The position numbers were made by a program, and so were the translations under genes. The notes below the pieces were generated by a model. The model had not been told where the DNA came from. It did no database searches and saw only the letters and a list, made by a program, of their open reading frames with translations. From the human T2T-CHM13v2.0 reference genome, Homo sapiens, in NCBI RefSeq assembly GCF_009914755.1, contig NC_060938.1: a stretch of 64,000 nt of DNA; one strand, given 5' to 3'. Positions 1 to 16,287 of this stretch are shown here, in pieces; the first letter of the stretch is position 1; each line of letters starts with the position of its first letter.

Positions 1-1725
1 AGAGATTTAGACATCCATATACAAGATTTCCAAATAGATACAATGTAGAAAGGTCTTCTCCATGGCACATTACAGTTGAACTGTCAAAAGTCAATGACAA
101 ATAGAAAATTCTGAAAACAGTAATCAAAAAGTATCTGTCACCTATAAAGGAATCCTTATCAGTAACAGCAAATTTCTCAGCAGACACTTTAGATGCCAGG
201 AAAGAATGAGATGATACATTCAAAGTGCTGAAGGAAAAACAAAACAAAACAAAACAAAAAAACACTGTCAGCGAACTTACTCTCTTCCCCCTTAGAAGAA
301 ACAGAATGGCTAAATAAATTTTTAAAAATGACCTAACTGTATTCTGTCTACCAGAAACTCATCTCACCTATAAAAACACATATAGAAAAATAATGAGATG
401 GAAATAGATATTTCATGCAAATGGAAGCCAAATGTGAGCAGGAATAGCTATATTTATGTCAGATAAAACAGATTTTAAGCCAAAACAGTAAAAATAGAAA
501 AAGTCATTATACAATGATAAAGGAATCAATTCAACAAGAGAATATAATTCTGAATATATATGTACCCAATATTGAAGCACCCAGATATATAAAGCAAATA
601 TTATTGGATCTAAAGCAAGAGATAGATTCCAATACAAGAATATTTGGGGACTTCAACACTTCACTTTCAGCATTAGACAGCTCACCCAGACAGAAAATTA
701 ATGTGAAACATTGTACTTAAATTGCACTTAGATCAAATGTACCTAACTGATATTTATAGAATGTTTTATCCAACAGCTGCAGAATATATATTCTTCTCTT
801 CAGCACACAGAAATTTCTCCAGGATAGACCATATGTCAAGACACAAAACAAATCTCAACAAATTTTTTAAGTTAAAATCATATCAGGTGTCTTCTCAGAC
901 CATAGTGAAATAAAATTATAAATCAATACTGAGAAAAATTTTGAAAACTATAAGCACATGGAAATTAAACACTGTACTTCTGAATGACCATAGGGTCAAG
1001 AAATAAATTAAGGAGGAAATAAAAAAACTTGAAACAAACAAAAATGAAGATGCAACACACTAAAAACCTATGCAATACAACAAAATCACTGCTAAAGGAG
1101 TTTATAGTAATAAACACATACCAAAAAAGTAGAAAGAGTTAAACAATTTAAGGAGGTACCTCAAGGAACTAGAGAAGCAAAAACAAATCAAACTCAAAAA
1201 TTACTAGAAGGAAAAATAATAAAGATCACAGTAGAACTAAACAAAATAGAGACTAAAAAAAGTACAAAGAATCAATGAAATAAAAGGTGTTTTGTGAAAA
1301 GATAAATAAAATTGATGAACCACTTGCTAGACTAACCACAAAAAGGGGATACCCAAATAAAACCAGAAATGAAAAAGGAGACACTACAACTGATACCATC
1401 AAAATACAAAAGACCTTCAAAGATTATTATAAACAACTGTACACTAACTAGAAAACCTATAAGAAATAGATAAATCACTAGACACATATAACCTGCCAAG
1501 ATTGAATTAGAAAGAAACAGAAAACCTGAACAGACCAATAATGAGTAATGAGATTGAATCAGTAATCATCTCCCAAAAAAGAAAAGTCCAGGACCAGGTG
1601 GCTTTACTGACAAATTCTACCAAACTTTCAAAGAAGATCTAACACCAGTTCTCCTTAAATTAGTCCAAAAAATTGAAGATGAGGAGTTTCTCCCTAACTC
1701 ATTCTATACGGCCAGCATTATCTTG

Positions 1726-2147
1726 TGTCTTGGTCTATTTGTATTGCTCTAAAGGATTACCTGAGGCTACGTAATTTATAAAGAAAAGAGCTTCATTTGG
1801 CTCATGGTTTTGCAAGTTGTACAAAAAGCATGACACCAATATCTGCTTCTGGTAAGGACCTCAGACTGCTTTGACACATGATAGACGGCGAAGGGGAGCC
1901 AGAATATCACATGGTAAGAGGAGAAAGAATGACAAGGGAGAGAGGTGCCAGGCTATTTTTATACCATCAGTTATCACAGGAAGTAAAAGAGTGAGAAGTC
2001 ACTCATTATGGTAAGGATGGCAGAAAGCCATTCATGAGAGATCTACCCCCATGATCCAAACACCTCTCACTAGGCTCCACCCTAAACATTGAGGATTAAG
2101 TTTCAACATGAGATATTTGTGGAGGGACAAATATCTAAATTATATTA
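1726..2147 (-). mobile_element. MSTB-type MaLR solo LTR inserted in L1 ORF2
   Basis: Termini tgtcttggtctatttgtattgct...atctaaattatatta match reverse-complement MSTB. Degenerate 5-bp TSD tcttg/ctttg. L1 sequence resumes on both sides. Confidence 0.85.
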
Positions 2148-3192
2148 CTTTGCTACCAAAACCAGACAAAGGATACAACAACAACAACAACAACAAAGAA
2201 AACTAATATCCCTGGCTAACACAGACTCAAAAATTCTCAACAAAATACTGAATCCAACAGCACATCAATAAAGTAATACACCACGATCAAGTGGGATTTA
2301 TCCCGGGGATTCAAGGATAGCTCAACGTATGCAAATGAATAAATGTGATATATCATTACACAATGAAGGACAAAAAACACTATGATCATCCTAATAGATG
2401 TAGAAAAAGCATTTGGTAAAATTCAACATCTTTCATTATAAAAGCCTCAACAAACTAGGCAAAGAAGGAACGTACCTCAACATAATAAAGACTATATATG
2501 ACAAACAATAGCTAACATCATACTTGCTGGGGAAAAGTTGAAAACCTTTCTCCTAAGAACTGGATCAAGACTAGAATGCCCACTTTTACCACTGCTATTC
2601 AACAAAGTACTGGAAATCCAAGCCAGAGCAATCAGGCAAGAAAAAAACAAATAAATAAAAGGTGTCCAAATTGGAAAAGAGAAAGTCAAATTGTCACTCT
2701 TTGCTGATGATTTCATCTTATACCTAGAAAAACATAAAGGCATTTCCAAAAAAAACAAAAACCTCTTTGGTCTAATAAATAAATTTAGTAAGGTAGCAAG
2801 ATACAAAATCAACATACAAAAATCAGAAGCATTTATATATACCAATAATATACTGTCTGAGAAAGAAATCAAGAAGGCAATCCCATTTACAATAGCTACA
2901 AATAATAAAATAAAATGCCTAGGAATACATTTAACAAAGGAAGTGAAATACAAAGAAAATTACAAAACCCTAACAAAAGAAATTGAATAAGACACAAACA
3001 AATGGAAAAATATCCCTTGTTTATGAATTAGAATAATTAATACTGCTAAAATGACGATACTGCTTAAAGAAATCTACACAGTCAATGTAATTTCTATCAA
3101 AATAGCAATGTCATTTTTCACGAAGTAGAAAACAGTCCTAAAATTTTTATAGAACCAAAAAAGAGCTTGAATAACCAAATCAGTATGGGCAC

Positions 3193-3549
3193 TGTATTAA
3201 TCCATTTTCTCACTGTTAATAAATACATACCCAAGATTGGGTAATTTATACAGGATAAAGGTTTAATGGACTCATAGTTCTACATGGCTGGGGAAGCCTC
3301 ACAATCATGGCAGAAAACAAGGAGGAGCAAGTCATGTCTTATGTGGATGGATGGCAGCAGGCAAAGAAAGAGCTTGAGCAGGGAAACTCCCCCTTATAAA
3401 GCTATCAGATCTTCTGAGACTTATTAACTACCATGAGAACAGTATGGGAAAGACCTGCTCCATAATTCAATTAACCCCCACTGGGTCCCTCCCACAACAT
3501 ATGGAAATTCAAGATGAGATTTGGGTGAGGACACAGCCAAATTATATCG
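3193..3549 (-). mobile_element. THE1B-type MaLR solo LTR
   Basis: THE1 sequence (tgtattaatccatttt...gatgagatttgggtgaggacacagccaaattatatc), 357 bp, perfect 5-bp TSD GGCAC at 3188-3192 and 3550-3554. Confidence 0.9.
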
Positions 3550-4050
3550 GGCACAAAAAACAAAGCTGGAGCCATCTTCACACTACCTGATTTGAAAATA
3601 TGTTTCAAGGCTATATTAACCAAAACAACATGGTATTGGCCAAAAAAAAAAAAAAATCACAAAAAACAAACAAACAAAAAACCCCCAGACACATAGAACG
3701 ATAGAACAAAATAGAAAATCCGGAAATAAATCCATTGATTGCTCTTACAGCAATCTGTTTTTCGATAAAGACATCAAGAGCATACGTCAGGAAAAGGACA
3801 TGCCCTTCAATAAATGTTGCTGGGAAAATTGGACATTCATATTCAGAAGAATGAAACTGGACCCCATTTCTCATAACATAAAAAAAAGATGGACTAAAGA
3901 CTTAAATATAAGATTTTATAAAACTATAAGCTACTAGATGAAAACATAGGGAAAACATTTTAGGACATTGGTCTAGGCAAAGATTTTATGGATAAGACCT
4001 CAAAAGTACAGAAAACAGAAACAAAAGATAAATGGTACTATATTAAACTA

Positions 4051-4129
4051 TTAATGTGGTGCAAATTAATTGCAGTTTATATTGTTACTTTTAATGGCAA
4101 AAACCACAATTTCTTTTACACCGACCTAA
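4051..4129. mobile_element. MADE1 (Hsmar1 mariner-derived MITE)
   Basis: ~80-bp degenerate palindrome ttaatgtggtgcaaattaattgcagttt...aaaaccacaatttcttttacaccgacctaa, inserted at a TA within L1 (tattaaacTA|aaaagc). Confidence 0.85.
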
Positions 4130-5470
4130 GAAAAAGCTTATGCAAATAAAATTAGTCACCAGAGTGAAGAGACAGTCTGTTGAATGGGAAAAAATATTTG
4201 CAAACTATGCATCTGACAAGGAATTTATATCCAAAATATAAAATAAATTCGAACAACTCAACAGAAAAAAAAAAAGAATTCCATTAAAAAATGGGCAAAG
4301 GACATGAAGAGACATTTCTGAAAAGAGGACATACAAAGGCAAACAGGTATATGAAAAAAATGCTCAACATCTGTAATCATCAGAGAAATGCAAACCAAAG
4401 CTACGATGAGTTATCACCTTACCCCAGTTGGAATGGCTGTTATTAAAAAGTCAGAAAATTACAGGTGCTGTTGAGAATGTGGAGAAAAGTGAACTCATAC
4501 ACTGTTGGTGGGACAGTAAATTAATACAGCCACTATGGAAAACAGTGTGTAAATTTCTCCAAAACTAAAAGTACCATATGATTCAGCAATCACATTATTG
4601 TTTATCCAAAGAAAAAGAAATGAGTATATTAGAGGGATACCTGCACTACCATGTTTATTCCAGCACTATTCACAATTGCAAAAATATGGAATCAACCTAA
4701 GTGTCTGTCAACAGATGAATGGATAAAGAAAATGTTGTATACACACACAGTGGAATATATTTGGCCATAACAAAATGAAATTCTGTCATTTGCAGCAACA
4801 CAGATGGAACTGGAGATTATTCTGCTAAATGAAATAACATAATATTTATGTTATGTTATTAGGCATAGAAAGTTAGGCAGAGAAAGACAGATTTCCCCCA
4901 TGTTCTCACTCATATGTAGGAGCTGAAAAAAATTGACTTCATCAAGGCACAGATTAGAATGATTGATACCAGAGGCTGGGAAGGGTGTGTGGGTTGGGCC
5001 AGGTGCAGGCGGTGAAGAGAGATTGGTCAATGGCTACAAATACACAGTTAGATAGAAGGTATAAGTTCTAATGTTTGATAACAGAGTAGGATGACAATAG
5101 TTAGGAGCAATATATGGTATATTTCATGGCAGCCTCAAGAGAGATCTTGAAATGTTTCCAACACATAAAAATGATAATTACTCAAGATGATAGATATGCC
5201 AAATACACTGACATTATCATTACACATTCTATGCATGCAAGAAATATCACATGTACCCAATAAATATGTAAAGTATTTGTATCAATAAAAAGTATTATAT
5301 TGTATCTCTATAATATATGTATCCATAAAAATAAGCTTATCAAATAAAAAATAATAAAAATATTTATTTGAATTAGTTAATTATGAATTAAAATTTTAAT
5401 TCATCAGATCATCTCTTTTCCTTTTTTAATTAATTAATTTTTAAACATTTAACAAATCATTTATTGGAAG

Positions 5471-8850
<3,380 letters not shown>

Positions 8851-10172
8851 CCTCCAGACACTTTTAAGTTTTTCTTTTAATGTCTTCATTGACCCATTGG
8901 TTGTTCAAGAGTCTGTTGTCTAATTTCCATGTATTTGTGAATTTTTTGAAGTTCCTTCTGTTATTGAGTTCTAGTGTTATACCATTATAGTAAGAAAAAG
9001 TATTTGATATTGTTTCAATCTTCTTGAATTTGTTAAGACTTGTTTTCTGACCTAACATATAATCTATCTGTAGAATTTTCCATGTACAGTTGAGAAGTAC
9101 TCTGCGGCTGTTGAATGGAATATTCTGTATAGTCTGTTAGGTTCATGTGGTCTAGAAGAGTGCTTAAGTTCAAAGTTTCTTCATTGATTTTCTCTCTGGA
9201 TGGCCTGTTTGTTGCTAAAAGTGGGGTGTCAAAGTCCTCTGCTACTATATTGCACTCTCTGTCTTCAGATCTATTAATATTTGCTTTATATATTAAGGTG
9301 TGCTGGTGTTGGATGCTTATATGTTTTAAATTGTTATATCTTCTTGCTGAATTAACACCTTTGTTATTATATGATCTTGTCTCTTTTTGCTGATTTTGAC
9401 TTGAAATCTATTTTGTCTGATGTAAGTATGACCATTCCTGCCCTATTTTGGCTCAGTTTGCATAAAATATCTTTTTACATTCCTTCAATTTCAGTCTATT
9501 TGTATCCTTGAAGGTGAAGTGAGTTTCTTAGAGGCAGGCAGCATATGGTTGGGTCTTTTTTTTTTCTTCTTCTTCTTCTTTTTTATCCATTCAGTCACTC
9601 CACGTTGTTTGATTAAAGAATTTAATCCATTTACATTCAAAATAATTATTGATAGATAAAAGACTTATTGTTTCTACTTTGTTAATTGTTTTCTATTTGT
9701 TTTGTGGATTTTTTTGTTTCTTTCTTTTTTGTGGCTAAGTGATTTTCTCTAGTGTTGTGTTTTCATTGCTTGATTTTTATTTTTTGTGTATGTACTATAG
9801 GTTTTTTTCTTTGTGGTTAGCATGAGGCTTAAAAGTCATCTTAATAAACAGATTGTTTTAAGCTTATAACAAACTTAACTTTGATCACAAAAAACTTTAT
9901 ATTTTTACTCCATATCCTCACTAGCATTTTAATTTATGATGTTACAGCTACATCTTTTTATATTGCTTATCTCTTAACAAATTATTATAGTTATTATTAT
10001 TTTTCGTAGTTTTGTCTTTCACTATTTATACTAAAGATATAAATGATTCATACACCATCATTACAGTATTAGAATGTTCCAAATTTGACTGTGTACTTAC
10101 TTTTACTAGTGAATTTTATACTTTCAGCTATTTATCTTACTCATTAACTCATTAGCTCCCTTTAGCATTTCC

Positions 10173-10476
10173 TTTTTTTTTTTTTTTTTTTTTTTTTGTT
10201 GAGATGGAGTCTTGCTCTGTCACCCAGGCTGGAGTGCAGTAACCCAGTGGCTCACTGCAACTGTGTCTCCTGGGTTCAAGCAATTCTTCTGCCTCAGCCT
10301 CTGAGTAGCTGGGATTACAGGTGCCCACCACCACACCCAGCTAATTTTTGTCTTTTTAGTAGAGGCAGGGTTTCACCATGTTGGCCAGGCTGGTCTCGAA
10401 TTCCTGACCTCAGGTAATCTGCCTGCCTTGACCTCCTAAAGTGCTGGGATTACAGGTGAGAGCCACCATGCCTGGA
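10173..10476 (-). mobile_element. Full-length AluS (Sx-like)
   Basis: Dimeric Alu with poly(T) at 10173-10197. TSD tagcattt at 10163-10170 and 10477-10484. Confidence 0.95.
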
Positions 10477-11520
10477 TAGCATTTTTAGTAAGACAGGTTT
10501 AATGATGATAAACTTCCTTAGCTTTTGTTTATCTGGGAAAGTCCTTACCTCTCCTTTATTTTTGATGCACAGTTTTGCCAGTTATAGTATTCTTGTTGAC
10601 AGGGTTGGTTTTTTTTTTTCTTCTTCAGCACTTTGAATTTATCATCCCATCATCTGCTGGCCTGTAATGTTTCTAATGAGAAGTCTACAGCTAGCTGTGT
10701 CAAAACCCTTTTACATGTGATTTGCTTCTTTTCTCTTGCTGCTTTCAGAATCTTCTCTTTGTCTTTGATTTTTGACAGTTAGATTGTAATATGTCTTGTG
10801 GTAGTCTTACTTGGATCAAAACCAATTAGAGACCTTCTTGTACCTGGATACTTATATATTTCTGAAGGTTTGGATACTTTTCTGTTATTTTTTTAAATTA
10901 TATTTCTACTCCTTTATCTTTATTTTTCTCCCTGTGACTTGAAAATTTTCTCCTTTATTTCCTCTTATGACTTGAAAATTTGCTCTTTTGATGCTGTACC
11001 ATAAATCCTGTATGCTTTCTTCATTTCTTTTCATTCTTTGTTCTTTTCTCTCCTCTGACCATGTATGTTCAGATAACCTGTTTTGGGGTTCATGTATTTT
11101 TTTCTTCTGCTTGATCAGTTCTGCTGTTGATGCTATCTATTTCATTTTCCATTTTAGTCATTGTATTTTTCAGCTGCATAATTTGTTTGATGTTTTACAA
11201 TTCCAATATCTTGGTTAATTTTTTTGTTCTGGCCACTTACTCTTTTCCTCATTTGGTTAAATTGTTTCTTTGGATTTTCTTGAAACTTGCTGAGCTTATT
11301 TAAAGAAGTAATTTTGAATTTTTTGTCTAGGAAGTACATATATCCATTTTTATGGTGTAAGTCATTGGCATTTTATTTTGTTCCTTCAGTGATGTTATAT
11401 TTCCCTGATTGTTCTAGATCCTTGCGACCATGCATCAGTGTCTGTGCATTTGAAGAAGTAGGTACTTATTTCAGTCCTTGCAGACTGGCTGTATCTGGAA
11501 AAGACTTTAAGTAGTTTGTC

Positions 11521-11697
11521 TAGCGGGACATGGTGGTGGGCGCCTGTAATCCCAGCTACTTGGGAGGCTGAGGCAGGAGAATCACTTGAACACAGAGGTG
11601 GAGGTTACAGTGAGACAAGATCATGCCACTGCACTCCAGCCCAGGGTGACAGGATGCGACTCTGTCAAAACAAACAAACAAAAAAACAAAAAGAAAA
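11521..11697 (+). mobile_element. 5'-truncated Alu (right monomer only)
   Basis: Alu right-arm sequence with a (CAAA)-rich tail, flanked by agtttgt on both sides. Confidence 0.9.
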
Positions 11698-11737
11698 CAG
11701 TTTGTTGAGAGATTCTGGGCAAATCAAAATTCTCCTG

Positions 11738-12820
11738 TATCAGGGGAACCCGCCCCCAATATTTCAATGTAAGTTCTTTCTATTTTCCCTAAGTGTCAGC
11801 CGGTCTGAGAAATAAAGAGAAAGAGTACAAAGAGAGGATTTTTACAGCTGGGCCGCCGGGGGTGACATCACATATCGGTAGGTCTGTGATGCCCACCTGA
11901 GCTGCAAAACCAGCAGGTTTTCATTAAGGACTTCAAAAGGGGAGGGGGTGTACGAACAGGGAGTAGGTCATAAAGATCACAAAGCAAAGGGCAAAGCAAA
12001 GATCACAAGGCAAAGGGCAAGATCAAAAACTCCTGATAAAGGTCTATGTTCAGCTGTGCATGTATTGTCTTGATAAACATCTTAAACAACAGAAAACAAG
12101 GTTTGAGAGCAGAGAACCGGGCTGACCTCAAATTTACCAGGGCTGGGGTTTCCCAATCCTAGTAAGCCTGAGGTTACTGCAGGATACCAGGGTGTATCTC
12201 AGTCCTTATCCCAACTGCATAAAACAGACACTCCCAGAGTGGCCATTTATAGACCTCCCCACAGGAATGCAATTCTTTTCCTAGGGTCTTAATATTCCTT
12301 GCTAGGAAAAGAATTTAGCAATATCTCTCCTACTTGCATGTCCGTTTATAGGCTCTCTGCAGGAAGAAAAATATGGCTCTTTTTGCCCGACCCCACTGGC
12401 AGTCAGACCTTATGGTTGTCTTCCCTTGTTCCCTAAAATCGCTGTTATTCTGTACTTTTTCAAGGTGCACTGATTTCATATTGTTCAAACGCACGTGTTT
12501 TATAACCAATTTGTACAATAGTGGTCCTGAGGTGACATACATCCTCAGCTTACGAAGAGTAACAGGATTAAGAGATTAAAGTAAGACAGGCGTAAGAAAT
12601 TATAAGAGTATTATTTGGGAACTGATAAATGTCCATATTAAAATGAAATCTTCACAATTTATGTTCAGAGATTGCAGTAAAGACAGGTGTAAGAAATTAT
12701 AAAAGTATTAATTTTGGGAACTGATATATGTCCATATTAAGATGAAATCTTCACAATTTATGTTCCTCTGCCATGGCTCCATCTGGTCCCTCCGTTCGGG
12801 GTCCCTGACTTCCCGCAACA
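11738..12820 (-). mobile_element. MER11 solo LTR (HERV-K11/HML-8, ERVK)
   Basis: Minus strand begins tgttgcgggaagtcagggaccccgaacggagggacc. 1083 bp with perfect 6-bp TSD CTCCTG (11732-11737, 12821-12826), the length typical of class II ERVs. Internal ~97-bp tandem repeat at 12581-12765. Confidence 0.92.
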
Positions 12821-14390
12821 CTCCTGCGGCCACTGGAGATGATGAGGTGTTGGAGAAGAGAATCCTGCAGCCTCTGAAGCTGTGGTGATGCTGGAGCATA
12901 CCTGGGCTTGCTGCAGCTGGCAGAACCCTGAGGTGGGCCAGAGGTTGATTGTGCACTTCAAGCATGAAGCCTGGGACTGTGTGGTTCCACTTGGCATTGA
13001 GATTGGTCTGAAGGCTTTGTCTGCTGGTATCAGCCTGGAGTTTGGGGCCAAGAGGGGCTGCCTGGTGCTGGGTTTTACTGTGGTGGGCCTGGCTTTGAGG
13101 TCTGATACAATGTCCTGTGCTCATTTATCTCTCTTTTTTCCCATTGGATGGCCTGTCTTTGAGGTGGACAGAAGGGGAATATAGGTAACGTAAAACTCCT
13201 TCCTTCCCTCTTCAATGCATCTCTTATTATTGTGTTATGCCAGGTACTGTGATCTCTCACCTGATTTTCTGAGCTCTTATGAAAATATTTTTCTGCATGG
13301 ATAGTTGTTCTAATTGATGTTTCTGTGGATGGACAATTGCTGGAGAGTCCTATTTCACCATCTTGCTCTACCCCTTTCTAATCTCCATTCAAAAGATAAA
13401 ATTAAAGAATAGACTGATTAAATAGCTTGCCTGGGTCACATATTTCATATCTGCTGGGTGGCTACAATACCTGTGCTCTGAGTTTTAGATGCTTTTCTGA
13501 ACTTTAATGTTTGTTGTTCTAAACACTTTTTAGACCACTTGAATATAGATTAAGCTCCATGTATTTAGAAAGGTTAAGGTTGACCTTTGTGCCAGTCATT
13601 CATTTGTTCACATGGTTTTGGTTTAAACTTGACCCTAATGTCATTTAAGGTGAAAGGTTGAACTGGAATGGCTTTTTTTCGTTAAGGAATTAAAAGTAAG
13701 AAAATTATTGCATTTCAAATATGGCCATGTTTTAACTCTTCTATGGTAACATATATGAAGCCAGACTTTCTTTCTTTTGCAGAGGAAATTACTTCTATAG
13801 AATCTGCTTATCATTATGCTGTGATAAACCCAGCTACTGTGACAAATCCCAAATCACCATACACATCTGGTAAATGTCAACTGACTTTACTGGCTTTCTA
13901 GGTTTAGGAAAACATAAATCCATATGTAAGAAGAGAATTTTTTAAATAATTAAGTATATCTTTAAACTGCAAGGGTTCTGAGCTACAATATCACTAGAAT
14001 GGAGTAACTGCCAGGAAAGCTTCTCTGTTTTATCAAAATTCTTCATTTGTCTGAAATTTAGAAGCATTTGCTATATCAAATTCAGGCTAGGATCAGAGTT
14101 TATGATAGGAACATTTCTAAAATTGCAATTCTATATAAGTCAATCTGATTTATTAATAGTCCATTATTCAGTAAGACAACCCCAATATTAATGCTCTACA
14201 GGAATTTATGGAACCAATTACTCTTCAGAGATTGTCACTTGTTTACTGTGTACCATGCAGTAATGTTTGGTTAGGAATAATTCATAAGTCAACATAAATG
14301 TAGTATGCAAGTAAATCAGAGAGGAAAAGTTTTGGAATGAAGAGAGAAAACTTTCACGATAAAGGGTTACAATAGAAAGTTGAAAAGACA

Positions 14391-14850
14391 TGAGAGCCCA
14401 AGGCAGGAGGATCAGTTGAGACCAGGGTTTGAGACTAGCCTGGGCAATATAGCAAGATTGCATTTCTTTATTTTTACTTTTATTTTAGGTTCAGAGGGTA
14501 CATGTGCAGGTTTTTGATGCAGGGAAACTTGTGTCATGGGGTTTGTTGTACAGATTATTTCATCACTCAGGTACTAATCCTAGTACCCAACAGTTATTTT
14601 TTCTGATCCTCTCCCTCCTCCCACCTTCCACCCTCAAGTAGGCCCCAGTGTCTGTTGTTCCCCTCTTTGTAAGACCCGATTTCTTAAAAAAAAATATAGT
14701 CGGGCATGGTGGTGCACACTTGTAGTCCTAGCTGCTTGAGATACTGAGGTGGGAGGATTGCTTGATCCCAGGAGTTCAAGGTTATAGTGAGCTATGATTG
14801 TGCTGTTGTACTCCAGCCTGGGTGACAGAGTAAGACCCTGTATGAAAAAA
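14391..14850 (+). mobile_element. 5'-truncated AluJ split by an L1 fragment
   Basis: Left-arm end at 14391-14468 and right arm at 14671-14850 with AluJ diagnostics (gggaggattgcttga, gagctatgat). Flanked by ttgaaaaga on both sides. Confidence 0.88.
14469..14670 (-). mobile_element. ~200-bp L1PA (approx. PA13-type) 3' end inserted in the AluJ
   Basis: L1 3' UTR (ggtacatgtgcagg...caccctcaagtaggccccagtgtctgttgttccc). 15-bp degenerate TSD aagattgcatttctt / aagacccgatttctt. Confidence 0.85.
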
Positions 14851-15024
14851 AGATTGAAAAGAAGGTCAACCAGAATATTAGGGAATAGAATAGGATAATT
14901 ACCTATAAAATCATTAGTATATGAATATTTTCTGTTTCTGATGAAATAGAAACTCTTTGGAAAGGTTTGAGAAACATTGAGGCCATAGAAATAAAATAAC
15001 AGTAAAAGAGTGAGAAGTAAATTA

Positions 15025-15160
15025 GTGTATTTCAGCCCTGGATGAACATTAGCATCACTTGAGGAGCTATTAAAAAATACTAATCAATCTGAGACAAGAC
15101 TTGAGCACATTATTTGAAAGTCCCAGGTGAGTCTAATGTTCATCTAGAGTTAAGAAACTC
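15025..15160. mobile_element. MER5-type hAT-Charlie DNA transposon relic
   Basis: cattagcatcacttgaggagctattaaaaaatac...tcccaggtgagtctaatgt...gttaagaaact. Confidence 0.65.
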
Positions 15161-15624
15161 TAAATTAAATGATGCTTTGAAGGCTATTTATAGGTCTCTT
15201 ACTTTTGAAAGATCAAAGATGCGAGCCATAAACAGCTTTATATCAAATTTTATCTTCATAACATTTCAAAATCTTTGTTTTCTGTGAAAGTTCTTAAAAA
15301 GAAATCTGACTTATTAGAACAATAAAAGCCCCTGATGGCTTATATTTCACAAACTTTTATATTTTATACTTTTATTTGGGTGATATATTTTTTAAAATTT
15401 GTGGTAACCCTTTCTTACTCATAGTAGCTATGGAAGAAATTAAAGAAAAACACAACCCTCATTTTAGAAACAACTTTAAAAAGACTATAGCTCTGTTTCT
15501 TCATGTTGATTTAAACAACAGCTGCCCTGCTTTTTATTCTTCTTTCTAAAGAAATCATCAAAAATTCTGTTTGGTATTTATATGATATGAAACATCTATT
15601 TTGTGTAAACATAGAATAACTTTC

Positions 15625-15870
15625 TACATGACATTATACATTTGTCAAAACCCATAGAATATACAACTTAAGAGTAAACCCTAACATGAATTATAAACTT
15701 TGAGCTATAATAATGTGATAATATTAGTTCATCAGTTGAAACAAATTTGCCACTATGGTGGGGGATGTTGATAGTGGGGGTATGTGGGGATAGGGAGTAT
15801 ATGGAAACTCTCTATACTTTATACTCAATTTTGCTGTGAACCTAAAACTGCTGTAAAATTGAGTTTATTA
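15625..15870 (+). mobile_element. L1MC 3'-end fragment
   Basis: catttgtcaaaacccatagaat...ctcaattttgctgtgaacctaaaactgct is typical of L1MC 3' ends. Confidence 0.8.
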
Positions 15871-15978
15871 GTTAAATTTTTTTCTTTACTTTTCTTAGGA
15901 ATTTAAATAGTAGTAACCAGGACTATTGGCTTTTTAAACTAATTTACAGCCAGTTATAATTATAATGGCCAAAGATAC

Positions 15979-16239
15979 TTTATTAGTTTTCTATGATTGC
16001 TGTAACAAATTGCCAATAAAGTTGGTGACTTAAAATAATATATATTTGTTCTTTCACAGTTCTGGAGGCCAGAAGTCCAAAACCTGTATCAGTAGGCTAA
16101 AGTCAAGGTGTTGGCAGGGTCATGTTTCTTCTGGAGGCTCTAGGGAAAATCTGTTTCTTGCCTTTTCCAGTTTCTGGTGGCCGCCAGCATTCCTTGAGTC
16201 ATGGCAGCATCATTTCATTCTCTGCCTCCATAGTCACTT

Positions 16240-16287
<48 letters not shown>

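Larger units (their letters stand above)
1..5290 (+). mobile_element. Old LINE-1 (L1MA3/4-like), ORF1 remnant through 3' end, interrupted by MSTB, THE1B and MADE1
   Basis: Degenerate ORF2 peptides (514-720 endonuclease NIYVPN..GDFNT; 2691-2990 RT '[12 protein letters not shown]'). L1MA-type 3' UTR ends ...catgtacccaataaatatgtaaagtatttgtatcaataaaa. ORF1 sequence jumps to the ORF2 start near 270-290, implying an internal deletion. Confidence 0.9.
8851..13378 (-). mobile_element. Older L1M element, 5' half (5' UTR, ORF1, start of ORF2), interrupted by two Alus and MER11
   Basis: Endonuclease peptide at 8864-9058 (MLGQKTSLNKFKKIE...TWKLDN), ORF1-like peptide at 11154-11339, and L1M 5' terminus ...gagagtcctatttcaccatcttgctctacccct near 13375. 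Confidence 0.8.

Noticed and set aside
4051-4129. MADE1 as a miR-548-type hairpin
   Set aside because: The arms are heavily diverged with many mismatches; there is no basis to call a miRNA.
4830-4880. Small palindromic/duplicated insertion in the L1MA 3' region
   Set aside because: Arms are only ~8 bp and AT-rich; a routine local repair or slippage scar.
5415-5470. Apparent short 3' transduction after the L1PA7 tail (minus-strand AATAAA at 5460-5465 plus an A-rich stretch)
   Set aside because: catttaacaaatcatttattg closely resembles an L2 3' end, and no TSD brackets it; more likely pre-existing flank.
12581-12765. ~97-bp direct repeat resembling a repeat-spacer array
   Set aside because: Only two copies, lying inside the MER11 LTR, where such internal duplications are a family feature; not CRISPR-like.
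12708-13260. Cluster of overlapping 60-138 aa ORFs
   Set aside because: They span the MER11 / L1M 5' UTR junction, are GC-richer repeat-derived sequence and show no recognisable domain.
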